Assembly (NCBI RefSeq): GCF_006345805.1
Contig: NC_043007.1
Span: forward strand, 54,436,001 to 54,500,000
DNA length: 64,000 nt
Source: Octopus sinensis
Taxonomy: Eukaryota
Direction of reading: 5' to 3'
The notes under the pieces: model-generated
Databases searched by the model: none
What the model was told of the DNA's origin: nothing
Seen by the model: the letters and a program-made list of their open reading frames with translations, nothing else
Shown here: piece after piece, positions 26,201 to 38,517 of the stretch
Layout: the number at the start of each line of letters is the position of its first letter
Position numbering within the stretch: position 1 is the first letter of the stretch
Made by a program: the position numbers and the translations under genes

Positions 26201-27202
26201 GTTGCAAAGAAGGTGAAAATGATGGCAATGAAAAAAGCGCACGAGCAATTGGCTGATAGGTGGGTGGAGAAACCTCTGCACGGAAAATATGTGACCCGCA
26301 GCAAACAAGCTGATGTTGACCAGAAGCAAACCCATCAGTGGCTGCGGAGCTCAGGGCTAAAAGCAGAGAGCGAAGGTTTCATCCTGGCTGCTCAAGACCA
26401 AAGCCTATTAACCCGGAACTACCAGGCCAATGTGATGAAAAATGGAGCAGACCCAAAATGCCGATTCTGCAACGACATGATTGAAACAGTGGACCACCTA
26501 ATCTCTGGATGTAAAGTCTTAGCACCAGTGGAGTATAAATTAAGACATGACAGAGTTGGCCAATATCTCCACTGGCTAATAAGTCGGCATTACAATATCA
26601 AAACTGCCGACAAGTGGTATAATCACCACCCTGAGGCTGTAACTGAAGGAGAAAATGTAACCATTCTGTGGGACTTTCCAGTACATACAGACCGAACCAT
26701 CAAGGCCAATAAACCAGATATTGTTGTGAAAGACCAAAACAATAAAGTTTGCTTATTGATCGACATGAGCATCCCCTGTGATCATAATATCTCAGCGAAA
26801 GAGTTTGACAAGCTCAGAAAATATAAAGACCTACTCATTGAAATTGAGAAAATGTGGCATCTCAAGGCGGTTACAATACCAGTGATCGTAGGAGCACTAG
26901 GAATGATCAAGAAGGGAACCGAAAATTATATGAGAATGATCCCTGGCTTACAATCCCTGCAAGAAGTGCAAAAGATTGTCTTAACTGGTACATCACATGT
27001 ATTGAGAAGAGCATTGTCGATGTGAGAACTGTTGCTGCTCATGTATTTTAATTTAACTTAAAAAAAAAAAAAAAAAAAAAATGAACGAACTACTGAGTTT
27101 GGTTTAATGGCCTACCAATATACACTATGAGTTTCTTTGCCCTAGGAGTCGGGAAGACACTCGGCAAGAAATGGAAGAAAATTTGAAAGAAGAAAAAAAA
27201 AA
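23229..27202 (+). mobile_element. Near full-length Dong/R4-clade non-LTR retrotransposon (single ORF, RT + CCHC + restriction-like endonuclease)
   Basis: N-terminal KWTREEYKEVIYAYY; RT motifs (WIDYKKAF, GIFQGDSLSP, YMDD, YKYLG); CRFC-x7-DHLISGC; RHD; PDIVVKD...LIDMSIP...K. Flanked by AATAA repeats on the left and (TAA)n on the right. Confidence 0.95.
23337..27025 (+). pseudogene. Dong/R4 polyprotein, ~1230 aa if repaired (one frameshift near 23905, one TGA at 24479-24481)
   Basis: ORFs 24008 and 24596 are in the same frame, separated by a single TGA in RI*RFEKR with open reading on both sides; ORF 23337 joins the downstream frame near AAAGCCTGAAGAT. Confidence 0.85.
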
Positions 27203-27235
<33 letters not shown>

Positions 27236-27253
27236 GTAATAATAATAATAATA

Positions 27254-27296
<43 letters not shown>

Positions 27297-27318
27297 CGAT
27301 GATAATATATATATATAT

Positions 27319-27466
27319 ATTGTTATCGCCATATTAATATGGCATTCTTATAGTTATAAGAATAATCGCTGCCGCTGGTCAGCTCCATGAGGCCTCATGG
27401 AGCTGACCAGCGGCAGCGATTATTCTTATAACTATAAGAATGCCATATTAATATGGCGATAACAAT
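27319..27466. repeat. Perfect 148-bp spacerless palindrome
   Basis: 74-bp arms centred on AGG|CCT (27392/27393), checked at ends and centre. Confidence 0.95.
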
Positions 27467-27542
27467 TAATTTCCAGTAAACGCTGTCGTAATCTCTTTTA
27501 TAGAGACTTAGTAATTTTAATATTTCTATTATATATATATAT

Positions 27543-28937
27543 ATCATCATCATCATCATCATCATCATCATTTAGCGTCCACTTTCCATGCTAGCATGGG
27601 TTGGACAGTTAAACGGGGATCTGGGAAGCCAGAAGGCTGCACCAGGCCCAGTCTGATCTGGCAATATTTCTATGGCTGGATGCCCTTCCTAACGCCAACC
27701 ACTCCATTAGTGTTGAGGGTGCTTTTTACGTGCCACCGGCACTGGTATCACAGCTGCAATTTCCATTGATGTTGATCGATTTTGATTTTGATTCTGATTC
27801 TGATTCTCACTTGCCTCAACAGGTCTTCACAAGTAGAGTTTTGTGTCCCAAGAAGGAAAGGTATGCATAAGTGGACTGGCTACATCCCAGGTAGAGGCCA
27901 TGGGTTATGGTCTCACTTGTCTTGCCGGGTCTTCTCACACACAGCATACTTCCATAGGTCTCGGTCTCTAGTCATTTCCTCGGTGAGACCTAAAGTTCGA
28001 AGGTCATGCTTCACCATCTTGCCCCAGGTTTTCCTGGGTCTACCTCTTCCACAGGTTCCCTCAACCGCTAGAGTGTGGCACTTTTTCACACAACTATCTT
28101 CATCCATTCTCGTCACATGACCATACCAGCGCAAACGGCTCTCTTGCACACCACAACTGATGCTTCTTAGGTCCAACTTTTCTCTCAAGGTACCTACAAT
28201 CTGTCAAGTATGAACACTGACATTACACATCCATCGGAGCATACTGGCTTCATTTCTTGCGAGCTTACACATATCCTCAGCAGTCACGGCCCATGTTTCA
28301 CTACCATGTAGCATGGCTGTTCGTACACATGCATCATACAGTCTGCCTTTTACTCTGAGCGAGAGGCCTTTTGTCACCAGCAGAGGTAAGAGCTCTCTGA
28401 ACTTTGCCCAGGCTATTCTTACTCTAGCAGTTACACTTTCAGCACACCCACCCCCGCTACTGACTTGGTCACCTAGGTAACGGAAGCTATCAACTATTTC
28501 TAGTTTTTGTCTCTGGAATGCGGTGGAAGTTGGTCTCTGTGCATTTTCAGTGTTTATTGCTCCTGAGCATCTGCCACATACAAAAACTATTTTCCTAGTT
28601 AGCCTTCCCTTGACATTGCTGCACCTCTTATGTGTCCATAGCTTACATTTGGTGCATCTTATAGAGTTTCTACCTATGCCTTTTCTACAGATCGAGCAGG
28701 GCCATCTACCTGAAGGTGTTTGTGATTTGTCTACCTTCTTACTTATTAGGACTTTGGTTTTAGCTACGTTGACTCTAAGGCCCTTCGATTCTAATCCTTC
28801 CTTCCACACCTGAAACTTCTCCTCCAGTTCTGATAGTGACTCAGCAATTAGAGCAAGGTCATCAGCATTGAGGATCTCCCAGGGGCATCCTGTCTTGAAT
28901 TCCTCTGGTATTGCCTGGAGGACTATGATAAATAGGA
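27543..28937 (-). mobile_element. 5'-truncated RTE-clade LINE with PHD-like finger in RT; (TGA)n tail
   Basis: PWEILNADD..., GLRVNVAKTKVL, C4HC3 motif, FRYLG, ARVRIAWAKFREL, RLRWYGHV...GRGRPRKTW; 3' UTR ends CCATGCTAGCATGGAAAGTGGACGCTAAA(TGA)n. Confidence 0.9.
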
Positions 28938-28952
28938 ATAATAATAATAATG

Positions 28953-29026
<74 letters not shown>

Positions 29027-29030
<4 letters not shown>

Positions 29031-29584
29031 GCCCTGATGCAGTACCAGGCAGTGGCTCTCATGGCTTCTGATCTTAACTGATTGGAAGTGTTATCATGTA
29101 CATTGTTTTGTCTTGGTATAAAAGATGGGCTACAGAAAATATTCTGCTCAATACCACAGATTTGCTTGTCAGTTGTTTGACCTTAACCAGTTGAGCATGT
29201 CCCTTAGTGGCTGACGATATGTGCATCTCTGATCATGAGCAGATGTAGTGGGGGAGCATCAAAGCCGTGTGTTGAGAGGGATTCTTTGGGGTTTGAATAA
29301 TTCACCTCTGGAAACATGGGTGTTTCATTCAACATCCTTAAACAACCCTTATTCAGGGACCTTTCGAGTGGGATGGGTTACTCGACCTGAAGAAAATTCT
29401 AACTGGGCCCCACCTGCAAGGTCATGTGCTGTTTCTCTTGATATGAGATCACCATGTCACGCACACATGGTTGTGATGCATGTACCTAGTGTACCCTTAT
29501 CAGACGGGTAGTCATGATGGGTATACTGGGCTTCATATATTTTACCCCAGTGTCACTTTGATGGCATGCACTGCTCTCTCACTC
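29027..29584 (+). mobile_element. Non-coding retroposon (SINE-like) inserted in (AAT)n
   Basis: Bounded by (AAT)n on both sides; its 3' 140 bp recur at 29637-29777. Confidence 0.7.
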
Positions 29585-29603
29585 AATATAATAATAATAA
29601 TAA

Positions 29604-29636
<33 letters not shown>

Positions 29637-29777
29637 CACCATGTCACACACATATGGTTGTGATGCATGCACCTGGTGTACTCTTATCAGATGGATAGTC
29701 ATGGTGGATATACTGGGCTTCATATATTTTACCCTAGTGTCACTTTAATGACATGCACTGCTCTCTCTCACTCACTC
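29637..29777 (+). mobile_element. 5'-truncated second copy of the 29027 retroposon
   Basis: CACCATGTCAC...GCACTGCTCTCTC..ACTC then (AAC)n. Confidence 0.8.
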
Positions 29778-29840
29778 AACAACAACAACAATGATGACGA
29801 CGACAACGACGACAACGACGATGATGATGATGATGATAAT

Positions 29841-30054
29841 GGTTTCAAATTTTGGTATAAAGTTAGCAACTTTAGGGAAAGGTTTAAGTCGATTATAATG
29901 ATCCCAATATGCAACAGGTACTTATTTCATCAACCCCAAAAGGATGGAGAGCAAAATTGACCACGGCAGAATTTAGACTGGGAATATAAGGATGGACGAA
30001 ATGCCAATAAGTATTTTATCTAGCATTCTAACAATTCTGTCAACTCACCACCTT
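29841..30054 (-). mobile_element. tRNA-derived SINE (second family)
   Basis: Minus strand starts AAGGTGGTGAGTTGACAGAATTGTTAG (A-box-like), with central CATCCTTTTGGGGTTGATGAAATAAGTACC; flanked by (GAT)n. Confidence 0.75.
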
Positions 30055-30089
30055 AATAATGATGATGATGATGATGATGATGATGATGC

Positions 30090-30128
<39 letters not shown>

Positions 30129-30737
30129 CAGTGATGGTGATGGGGACAGCAACGATGACAACGACATCAACACTGATGACAACGATAACAATGACAACAA
30201 CAATGATGATGATGATGACGATGGTGATTTCTTTTATTAGCTACAGGGGCATTGATGGGGAGGGTATCACAAGGACAGTCTACACTTTGTGTTGGATTTA
30301 AATAAGAGAATAAAGGAAAGAGAAAAGATGATGAAATGAGGTAAAAGTTTATATATAGTACACAAAGTACTAATTTTGATATAGGAAAACCTTCAACTAG
30401 GGCCAATCAAGGAACCCCAAGAGATCCAGGAATACCAAACCACAAAAAGCACAAGCCCTTGCCTAACACTTATTCTTCAATTTACAGTAGCACTTCCTCC
30501 CCCACCCTCACTTTCCTTTCCAAATCAATCCTTAAAAAGCCAATGTAATCTTGACAGGAGAGGAAGATGTCTTTCTTCAGTCCTTTCAGCTTGTCCACCT
30601 CACAACTTCTTTTGCCATAGCCGCTAGACAGAAGAATACTGCCTGCCCTGCCCTTTTAAAGATGAGTGGTGGAGCAATCCTTACGATGGATTTGGCAAAT
30701 TGCTAGATTTGTCTTATATGCCATAACAGCTGTTGAA

Positions 30738-31270
30738 CACAAGTCAGCAATGTTCAAACATTGCACAAGTGTGTGCAGATGATTTAATCACTCTGTGTGC
30801 ATCTTGGGCTGTCCCATCAGGCAATGTTTTTGTATCTGTAGAGTTTATCTCAAACCAGCAGTGCTTCTCAATAGCATGCAATGCCAAGGATTCCTAAATA
30901 TTAGTTATCTATGGAAGATCTGCAGTCTATCTATGGAAGTCCTCTGCAACAAACCAGCTAAATAACAATAATAATGATGAAGGTTTCTAATTTAGGCCAA
31001 AAAGCCAGCTGTTTTAAGGGGAAGGGGTTTATTAACACCAGTATAAGACTGGTGGTTTATTTTATTGACTCTGATAGGATGAAAGTAAAGTTGATTCCAG
31101 CAGGAACTGAACTGTTCAATACAAGTCAGCAATGTTCAAACACTGTGCAAGTGTGTGCAGATGATTTTGTCACTCTGTGTGCATCTTGGGCTGTCCCATC
31201 AGGCAGTGTTTCCATATCTGTAGAGTTTATCTCAAACCAGCAGTGCTACTCAATAGTATGCCATGCCAGG
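30738..31270 (-). mobile_element. Duplicated 3'-terminal fragment of an RLE LINE, separated by a SINE remnant
   Basis: ~150-bp direct repeat (30738-30890 / ~31120-31270); minus strand resembles IQKIALMGTAK-type RLE C-terminus (frameshifted). Confidence 0.45.
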
Positions 31271-32710
31271 GATTTCATTTACATTTCAAAATATAAAGAG
31301 CCAGAATATATACTACTAAGCATTTTTGTTCAGCTCTTTATATAAGGAGGAGGAAGAGGAGGTGCGGAGGATAAATGATCAAAGAAATTGTGTGAGATCA
31401 TAACTTTGTAGAGGGAGGATTTTTGTCGACAATATGAAACCAATACGTGAGATGAAAGCAGGGTTTGAACAACTTGGAATGTCTGAAGATAAAACTAAAT
31501 AGTTTAGTACTCTACCAGATTTGCTAGAAAAGAATATTTTCACTGAGCATATATTTCCCGTCTAACATGACTTAACTTTGGTCTTTTCAATACAATCTGG
31601 CTATAAACTAATATTAATAATCTTTTCTACTATAGGCACAAGGCCTGAAATTTTGAGGGAGGGACCAAATCAATTACAAATACCAGTCAAGCCCAAGTGC
31701 TTGACTGGTATTTATTTTAGTGACCCCAAAAGGAAGAAAGGCTAAGTCAATCTCAACAGAATTTGAACTCAAAATGTAAAACTCAAAGAAATACTTCTGA
31801 GCATTTTATCTGACATGCTAATAGTTCTACCAGCTCACCACCTTTAATGATCATAATGACAAAAGTATTTATGACATAGATACAAAGGTATAACCCCAAT
31901 ACTTAGCACTTGTACTTTATTGATTCTAGAAGATGAAATCAACCTTCGCAGGAATTGAACTCAAAACATAAGGGGCATGACTTACTGCCTTTAATAACTA
32001 CAAAGACAGCAATATTGTTATAATGATGATGGGAGGGGGTAATGAGGGAAATGGGTTGGTGGTATTGTTAATGTTATTATCGATAATGATGATGAAGTAG
32101 ATAACAATAATATGCAATTGAAACAGAAAGAGGATAATATATGAAAAATATGTAAAAATATGTAAGAAAACATAAAAAGAGAGAATAAGGTGGAAGAGGA
32201 TGAGATAGAAGAATATGGTGAGGTGAATGAAAGAAGAAAAATGAGTGAGAGTCTCATTAGTGTATTCATAGAAAATTTGAAGAGGTTATGTTTAGAGATA
32301 ATACTTCCTTATTGCCAATAGCTTTGGTAAAGAATCTCTGTAGTTTCCTTTGATAAAGATTTATAAATACACATGTTTGTGTGCATGTGTGTGTGCATGT
32401 GTATTGTGTGTATGCATGTAAGTATGTCTGTAGTGTACACATGTGTAAGGACTAAGGAGTGATATATAGTGGTGAACCCACTCCCGTCAGCCTAACCTGT
32501 GACAGGTTCAATTCCAGGCAGAGTAATTTCACTTCAGTCCTTGAGTAATGTAATTTGGTATGTGGCAAATTGTTCCTTTTTTTTATCTATCTTTTGTTTG
32601 TATTGAACATCAATATTGTTGATTCCGTTTTGACGCAAGAAATGAAATAACATGCCATGCTCAAAGCCTTTGCTGCTGTAGCGTACGCTTAGTAAAATTC
32701 TCTCTCTCTC

Positions 32711-33683
32711 TGTTATATATAACATAAATACGGATGTAGCAGATAACAGCTAGCCTTCGGCTATTTGGACCCTGTTGTGCCCACTACTCTGATTGGTTGG
32801 TATTGGCGCAATTTGTGTCTTGCTCTATTACATGCCAATGTGCAACCCAACCAATCGCAACCTTCTGATAAGGTCCTGTGACACAGTTTTTCTAAAGCTC
32901 CTTTTGAGCTTATAATTTGTTTTAAAACACAGCGATTCATCGAGTCGAGTGTCTTTGGTTCTAGACCTTCTAGGGTCTAGCCACTGACCACAGAACACAC
33001 AGCCAGTTCCAGCAACAGACAACACCAACAGCAGCTCACAACTTCGCCCAGCAGTATTCAGGACCTCCATCCCCATCGCCTTCATCTTAATGGCACCAAC
33101 AACATCTCTATGTACACAGCAACATTTGCTCTGATTTATCTTCTCGCTGTTTGTGAATTACTTCACCATGGTTAACAGCAAGCTCAACCTGTGAGATCTT
33201 CCTGTATCAAGTAACCGGCACAGCATTGTAGCCACAACTGCTTACACGACACATGATTCAACCGGCTCTGCATTGTAGCCGCAACTTCTTGTTACAGCAC
33301 TTCAACTATTGTGTACTTTACTACAAACTAGTATTTATCTTCATCTTGTGTGAACGCATCCTGTTGTAGACTCTTTCTATGCTCTGTATTTTATCTCACA
33401 CGCATACACCCTTGTTTGTACACACATACACTTTATGTATGCATGACGGCCTGTCTATTATTATTATTATATATGTACTTATGTTGTACACACAGACACA
33501 CTCCGCTAGCACCTAAATAAAACCTTTCTCTAAACATTCTACGGTTGTGTCTTTCTTTTCCTTCTGGCACTCTTTCTCATATATCCATTTTTGCTTTTAT
33601 TGTAAGTGACTGTGCGGTGTATTAAAGGAATCATTCATTTGTCACCTCTCCTTTTGCACAGTCGTTCTACACTGCTAACCACA
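32711..33683 (+). mobile_element. Candidate solo LTR
   Basis: TGT...ACA ends, CCAAT-like boxes (CTGATTGGTTGG, AACCAATC), AATAAA near 33515, CpG-richer than flanks; no TSD found. Confidence 0.4.
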
Positions 33684-34212
33684 ATAACTTCAAGGTAGCA
33701 AGCTTATAACATGGCTAAATCCTTTGTGTTTAGGTCTGAGAAGGAGCTGGGGGCCTCTGGCAGAACATATCCCCTGCCACTAAGACAAAGAAACATTCTT
33801 AATGGTCAGATTTTGTCAGGACCACCAAATTCATCCAGCAAGTTGATGAGGGCCAAGTAGCTTAAAGTAACAGTTACTGTTTTCTGAGGCATTAGATGCA
33901 ATGGCACATGAAGACATCAGATACAAGTTCTATATGTTGAGGAGAGAGCAGTTTTTGTGTAACAAAACCTGGGAGAATTATGTGATCATATGATCTCCAC
34001 TATTGTGTAACCTTCTAGTATTCCTAACATGCATCTGTGACATCATTAAGAGAAGAAATGACTGGCATCCCCATGGTAACTCGAAGTTGTTTGAAGTTGC
34101 TGTTTTCATTGGGCCATCTAATTTTGGTAAGTAGTTACTCCTATGAATGATTGGGGCTGACATTAGGGACTGAGGACAGTTTTGTTGAGTGATCTGTTTC
34201 TTTGATGTATTT

Positions 34213-35090
34213 AGACTGTATGACGCATGTGTACGAACAGCCGTGACTGCTGAGGATATGCGTAAGCTTGCAAGAAATGAAGCCCGTATGCTCCGATGGA
34301 TGTGTAATGTCAGTGTTCATACTCGACAGAGTATAAGTACCTAGAGAGAAAAGTTGGACCTAAGAAACATCAGTTGTGGTGTGCAAGAGAGACGTTTGCA
34401 CTGGTATGGTCATGTGGAGAAAATGGATGAAGATAGTTGTGTGAAAAAGTGCCACACCCTAGCGGTTGAGGGAACCTGTGGAAGAGGTAGACCCAGGAAA
34501 ACCTGGGACGAGGTGATGAAGCATGACCTTCGAACTTTAGGTCTCACCGAGGAAATGAGTAGAGACCTAGACCTTTGGGAGTATGCTGTGCGTGAGAAGA
34601 CCCGGCAGGACAAGTGAGACCATAACCCATGGCCTCTACCTGGGATGTAGCCAGTCCACTTATGCATACCTTTCCTTCTTGGGACATAAAACTCTACTTG
34701 TGAAGACCTGTTGAGGCAAGTGAAGATCAAGATCAAAATCAAAATCAAAATCGATCAACATCAATAGAAATTGTAGCTGTGATACCAGTGCCGGTGGCAC
34801 ATAAGAGAATCATCCGAACATGGCCATTGCCAGTGCCACCCTGACTGGCCTCTGTGCCGGTGGCGCATAAAAAGCACCATCCGATCGTGGCCGTTTACCA
34901 GCCTTGTCTGGCACGTAAAAAGCACCCACTACACTCATGGAGTGGTTAGCGTTAGGAAGGGCATCCAGCCGTAGAAACATTACCAGATCAGACTGGGCCT
35001 GGTGCAGCCTTCTGGCTTCCCAGACCCCAGTTGAACTGTCCAACCCATGTCAGCATGGAAAGCGGACGCTAAATGATGATGATGATGATG
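34213..35090 (+). mobile_element. RTE LINE 3' fragment with (TGA)n tail
   Basis: RRLHWYGHVEKM...GRGRPRKTWDEV; 3' UTR ends GCGGACGCTAAA(TGA)n. Confidence 0.9.
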
Positions 35091-35165
35091 TGCTGTTTTT
35101 CTGGAAGCATGTTGTTTATTTTTCTGTTTGGTGTCTGGTTTTTCTCCATATTATGTGCTTGTATG

Positions 35166-35220
<55 letters not shown>

Positions 35221-35223
<3 letters not shown>

Positions 35224-36225
35224 TCATCATCATCATCATCATTGTTTAATGACCATTTTCCATGCTGGCATGGGTTGGATGGTTTGATAGGAGCTGGCCA
35301 GCTGGAGAGTTGTCCAAACTCTAATTGTCTGTTTTGGCATGGTTTCTATAGCTGGATGCCTTTTCTAACACCAACCACTTTACAGAGTATGCTGGGTACA
35401 TTTCACATGCCACCGGCACAGGTAAATTTACATAGCACCAGCACAAGTGCTTTTTATGTGAAGCTAGCATCTGCAAGACAAAGACCTCTCAACTAGACAG
35501 GGAGGAGGGGCATGGCCATAAAGAACAAGCTTGCCTGTATGAATGGCTGTGATTTTACATAGCTTGACATCTCTTATCAAATATAGCAAATTTCTACAAG
35601 TCCCAGTCCATTTTCATCTCAGTGAGATCCAGCATCCGAAGATTCTTTCTCACCACTTAGCCCCTTGTCTTCCTGGGTCTACCCCTTTCACAGATTCCTA
35701 CCACAATTAGTGATCAGCACTTTTTTAAACAGCTGTCCTCATCCATACACATTACATGACCACACCAACAGTCTTTTCTCTTGCACACAACTAATGCCTC
35801 TTATATACAGTTTTCCTCTTAAATCATTTACTCTGCTGTATATGCACACTCACATTACCATCAAGTGGAGCATACTGGCTTCATTTCTTTCAATCCTTTG
35901 CAAGTCCTCTGTAGCCATAGCCTATGTTTCTCTGCCATGCAGCATAACTGTATATAAATAGGTATCAAACAATCTGCCTTTCACTTTGAGGGAGAGGCTT
36001 TTTGTTACCAATGAAGGCAGCAGCTGTCTGAACTCTGCCCATCCTTATTCTTATTCTAGCAACTATACTTTCAGAATTTCCTCCTCCACAACTAACTTGA
36101 TTGCCTAAGTAGCAGAAGCTATCCACTACTTCTAATGATACACCTGAGCACTTGAGGAAGTCTATTTTCAGTGGATTTTTTGTACTCATTGTACCTGTAC
36201 ATCTGATATCCATGAAGACTATATA
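35221..36225 (-). mobile_element. Older RTE LINE 3' fragment
   Basis: (ATC)n tail then CCATGCTGGCATGGGTTGG; LEVVDSFCYLG...ARIRI on minus strand. Confidence 0.8.
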
Positions 36226-36423
36226 TATATATATATCACAATTAGTAAGGAATTTCTCCAAACATTTACTGGCACACAGTTAGGTATCCAAAATAGGTTA
36301 CTCAACGGTTAGTATATAAATCCAATAATAACTTTCATAAGATAAGAATTTAGAGATATATTCCATTGGATAATTCTAAATATATTAGGTTAACCATATA
36401 GGTTTCCTGGAGTATTTAATATC

Positions 36424-36474
<51 letters not shown>

Positions 36475-36477
<3 letters not shown>

Positions 36478-38517
36478 GCCTTTGATAAAAAAAGCCTTTG
36501 ACAGCATACCGCATTTGTGGATTCTGAAATCACAGGACATTTTCAAAATTTCTCCTGTGATTTCAGATTTTTTAAAGTATAATATGTCACTATGGAACAC
36601 GAAGCTCCAATTATATCATTCTAATGGAGTATTGCACTCAAACAACATTAGCATAAACTGTGGAATTTTCCAAGGTGACTCACTTTTACCACTAATTTTC
36701 TACATAGCACTAATACCACTCTCAAGTGAACTGAATAGAACAGGATATGGCTACAAAATTGACAACAGGAAAATAAGCCATCTATTTTATATGGATGATT
36801 TAAAGCTATATGGCAAAAATGATGAAGAGCTTGAAGGATTATTACATACCGTGAAAGGATTCAGTGATGATATCGGGATGGAATTTGGCTTTGAAAAGTG
36901 TACCAAAGCCACTTTTAAGAAAGGGAAATTGGTAAAGTCTAGTTCACTCGAATTAGATGTAGAAACAGTAATAAAGGAACTTGAACAGGAACAAACCTAT
37001 AAATACCTAGGAATAAATAAAGGCTCTGGTATCCAGCATGCAAACATGAAAGAGAAGGTTAGGAAGGAATGTTATAGAAGAGTTCGAGCAGTCCTGAAGT
37101 CTGAGCTGAATGCATATAAGGTGTTAGCCATAAATTCCTTAGCAGTACCAGTTGTTCTTTATAGCTTCAATGTGCTTAACTGGAATACCAGTGAAATAAT
37201 GAAAATTGACAGAAAAATCCGCAAGCTATTGACTTGTAATAAGATGCACCATCCAAAGGAAGACGTGGATCGCCTTTACCTTCCCAGAGCTCAAGGAGGT
37301 CGAGGTTTGATCCAGCTTGAACTTACATACAAAACCACCACAATTGGACTAGCCAAATACCTTGAAGCAACCAACGATTGGATGCTAAAACTTGTTGAAA
37401 AACATGAAAGACTGAAAAGACTTCACTCTATTCTCAAAGAGAGCAAAAAATTCGCTGCTGATCTCTTAGATACCCACCAGATTGATCAGGCTGAAGGAAA
37501 TGCACCAACTGCAGCTATAAAGAAAAGAAAATTAATTGCAAAGACAAAAGCACATGAAAATTTAGCTAGCAGATGGGAACAGAAACCTCTCCATGGCAAG
37601 TATGTGGCCCGTAGCAAACAAGCTGATGTCGACCAGAAACACATGCACCAATGGTTACGAAGCTCAGGGCTAAAAGCAGAGAGTGAAGGTTTCATATTAG
37701 CTGCTCAAGACCAAAGCTTATTAACCTGGAACTACCAAGCCAATGTAATAAAAAGTGGAGCTGACCCAAAATGCCGATTCTGTAATGATGAGATTGAAAC
37801 AATAGACCACCTAATCTCAGGGTGTAGAGTCTTAACACCTGCAGAATATAAAGCAAGGCATGACAGAGTCGGCCAGTATTTACATTGGACAATATGTCGG
37901 TATTATAAAATCAAAACCACTGACAAATGGTATAAATACCATCCTGAAGCTGTGACTGAGGGAGAAAATGTGTCAATTCTATGGGACCTCCCCATACAGA
38001 CCGACAAGACTATAAAAGCTAATAAACCGGATATTATTATAAAATATCAGACAAAAAAGATGTGTTTATTAATTGACATGAGTATCCCTTGCGATCACAA
38101 TATAGCGGCGAAAGAATTTGACAAGATTAGTAAATATAAAGACCTGCTAATAGAAATTGAAAAAATGTGGCATCTCAAGGAGACTACAGTACCAGTGATT
38201 GTAGGATCTCTAGGAATGATAAAAAAGGGTACTGACACCTATTTGAAAATGATTCCAGGCTTACCATCCCTACAGGAAGTGCAAAAAATCGTATTAACTG
38301 GAACGGCTCATGTACTGAGAAGAGCATTATCGCTGTGAAAACAACATCCATCCATGAATTTATTTATTTATTAATTTTTAAATACATATTTTATCTGTGA
38401 ATTTGCGTGTGTAATCTGAGAATGCATACATGTAATCTGAGAATGCTTCTCTGACCTAGGTGTATGGAAAACACTCGGCGAGAAACGGAAGAAAATTTGA
38501 AGAAAGAAGGAAAAAAC

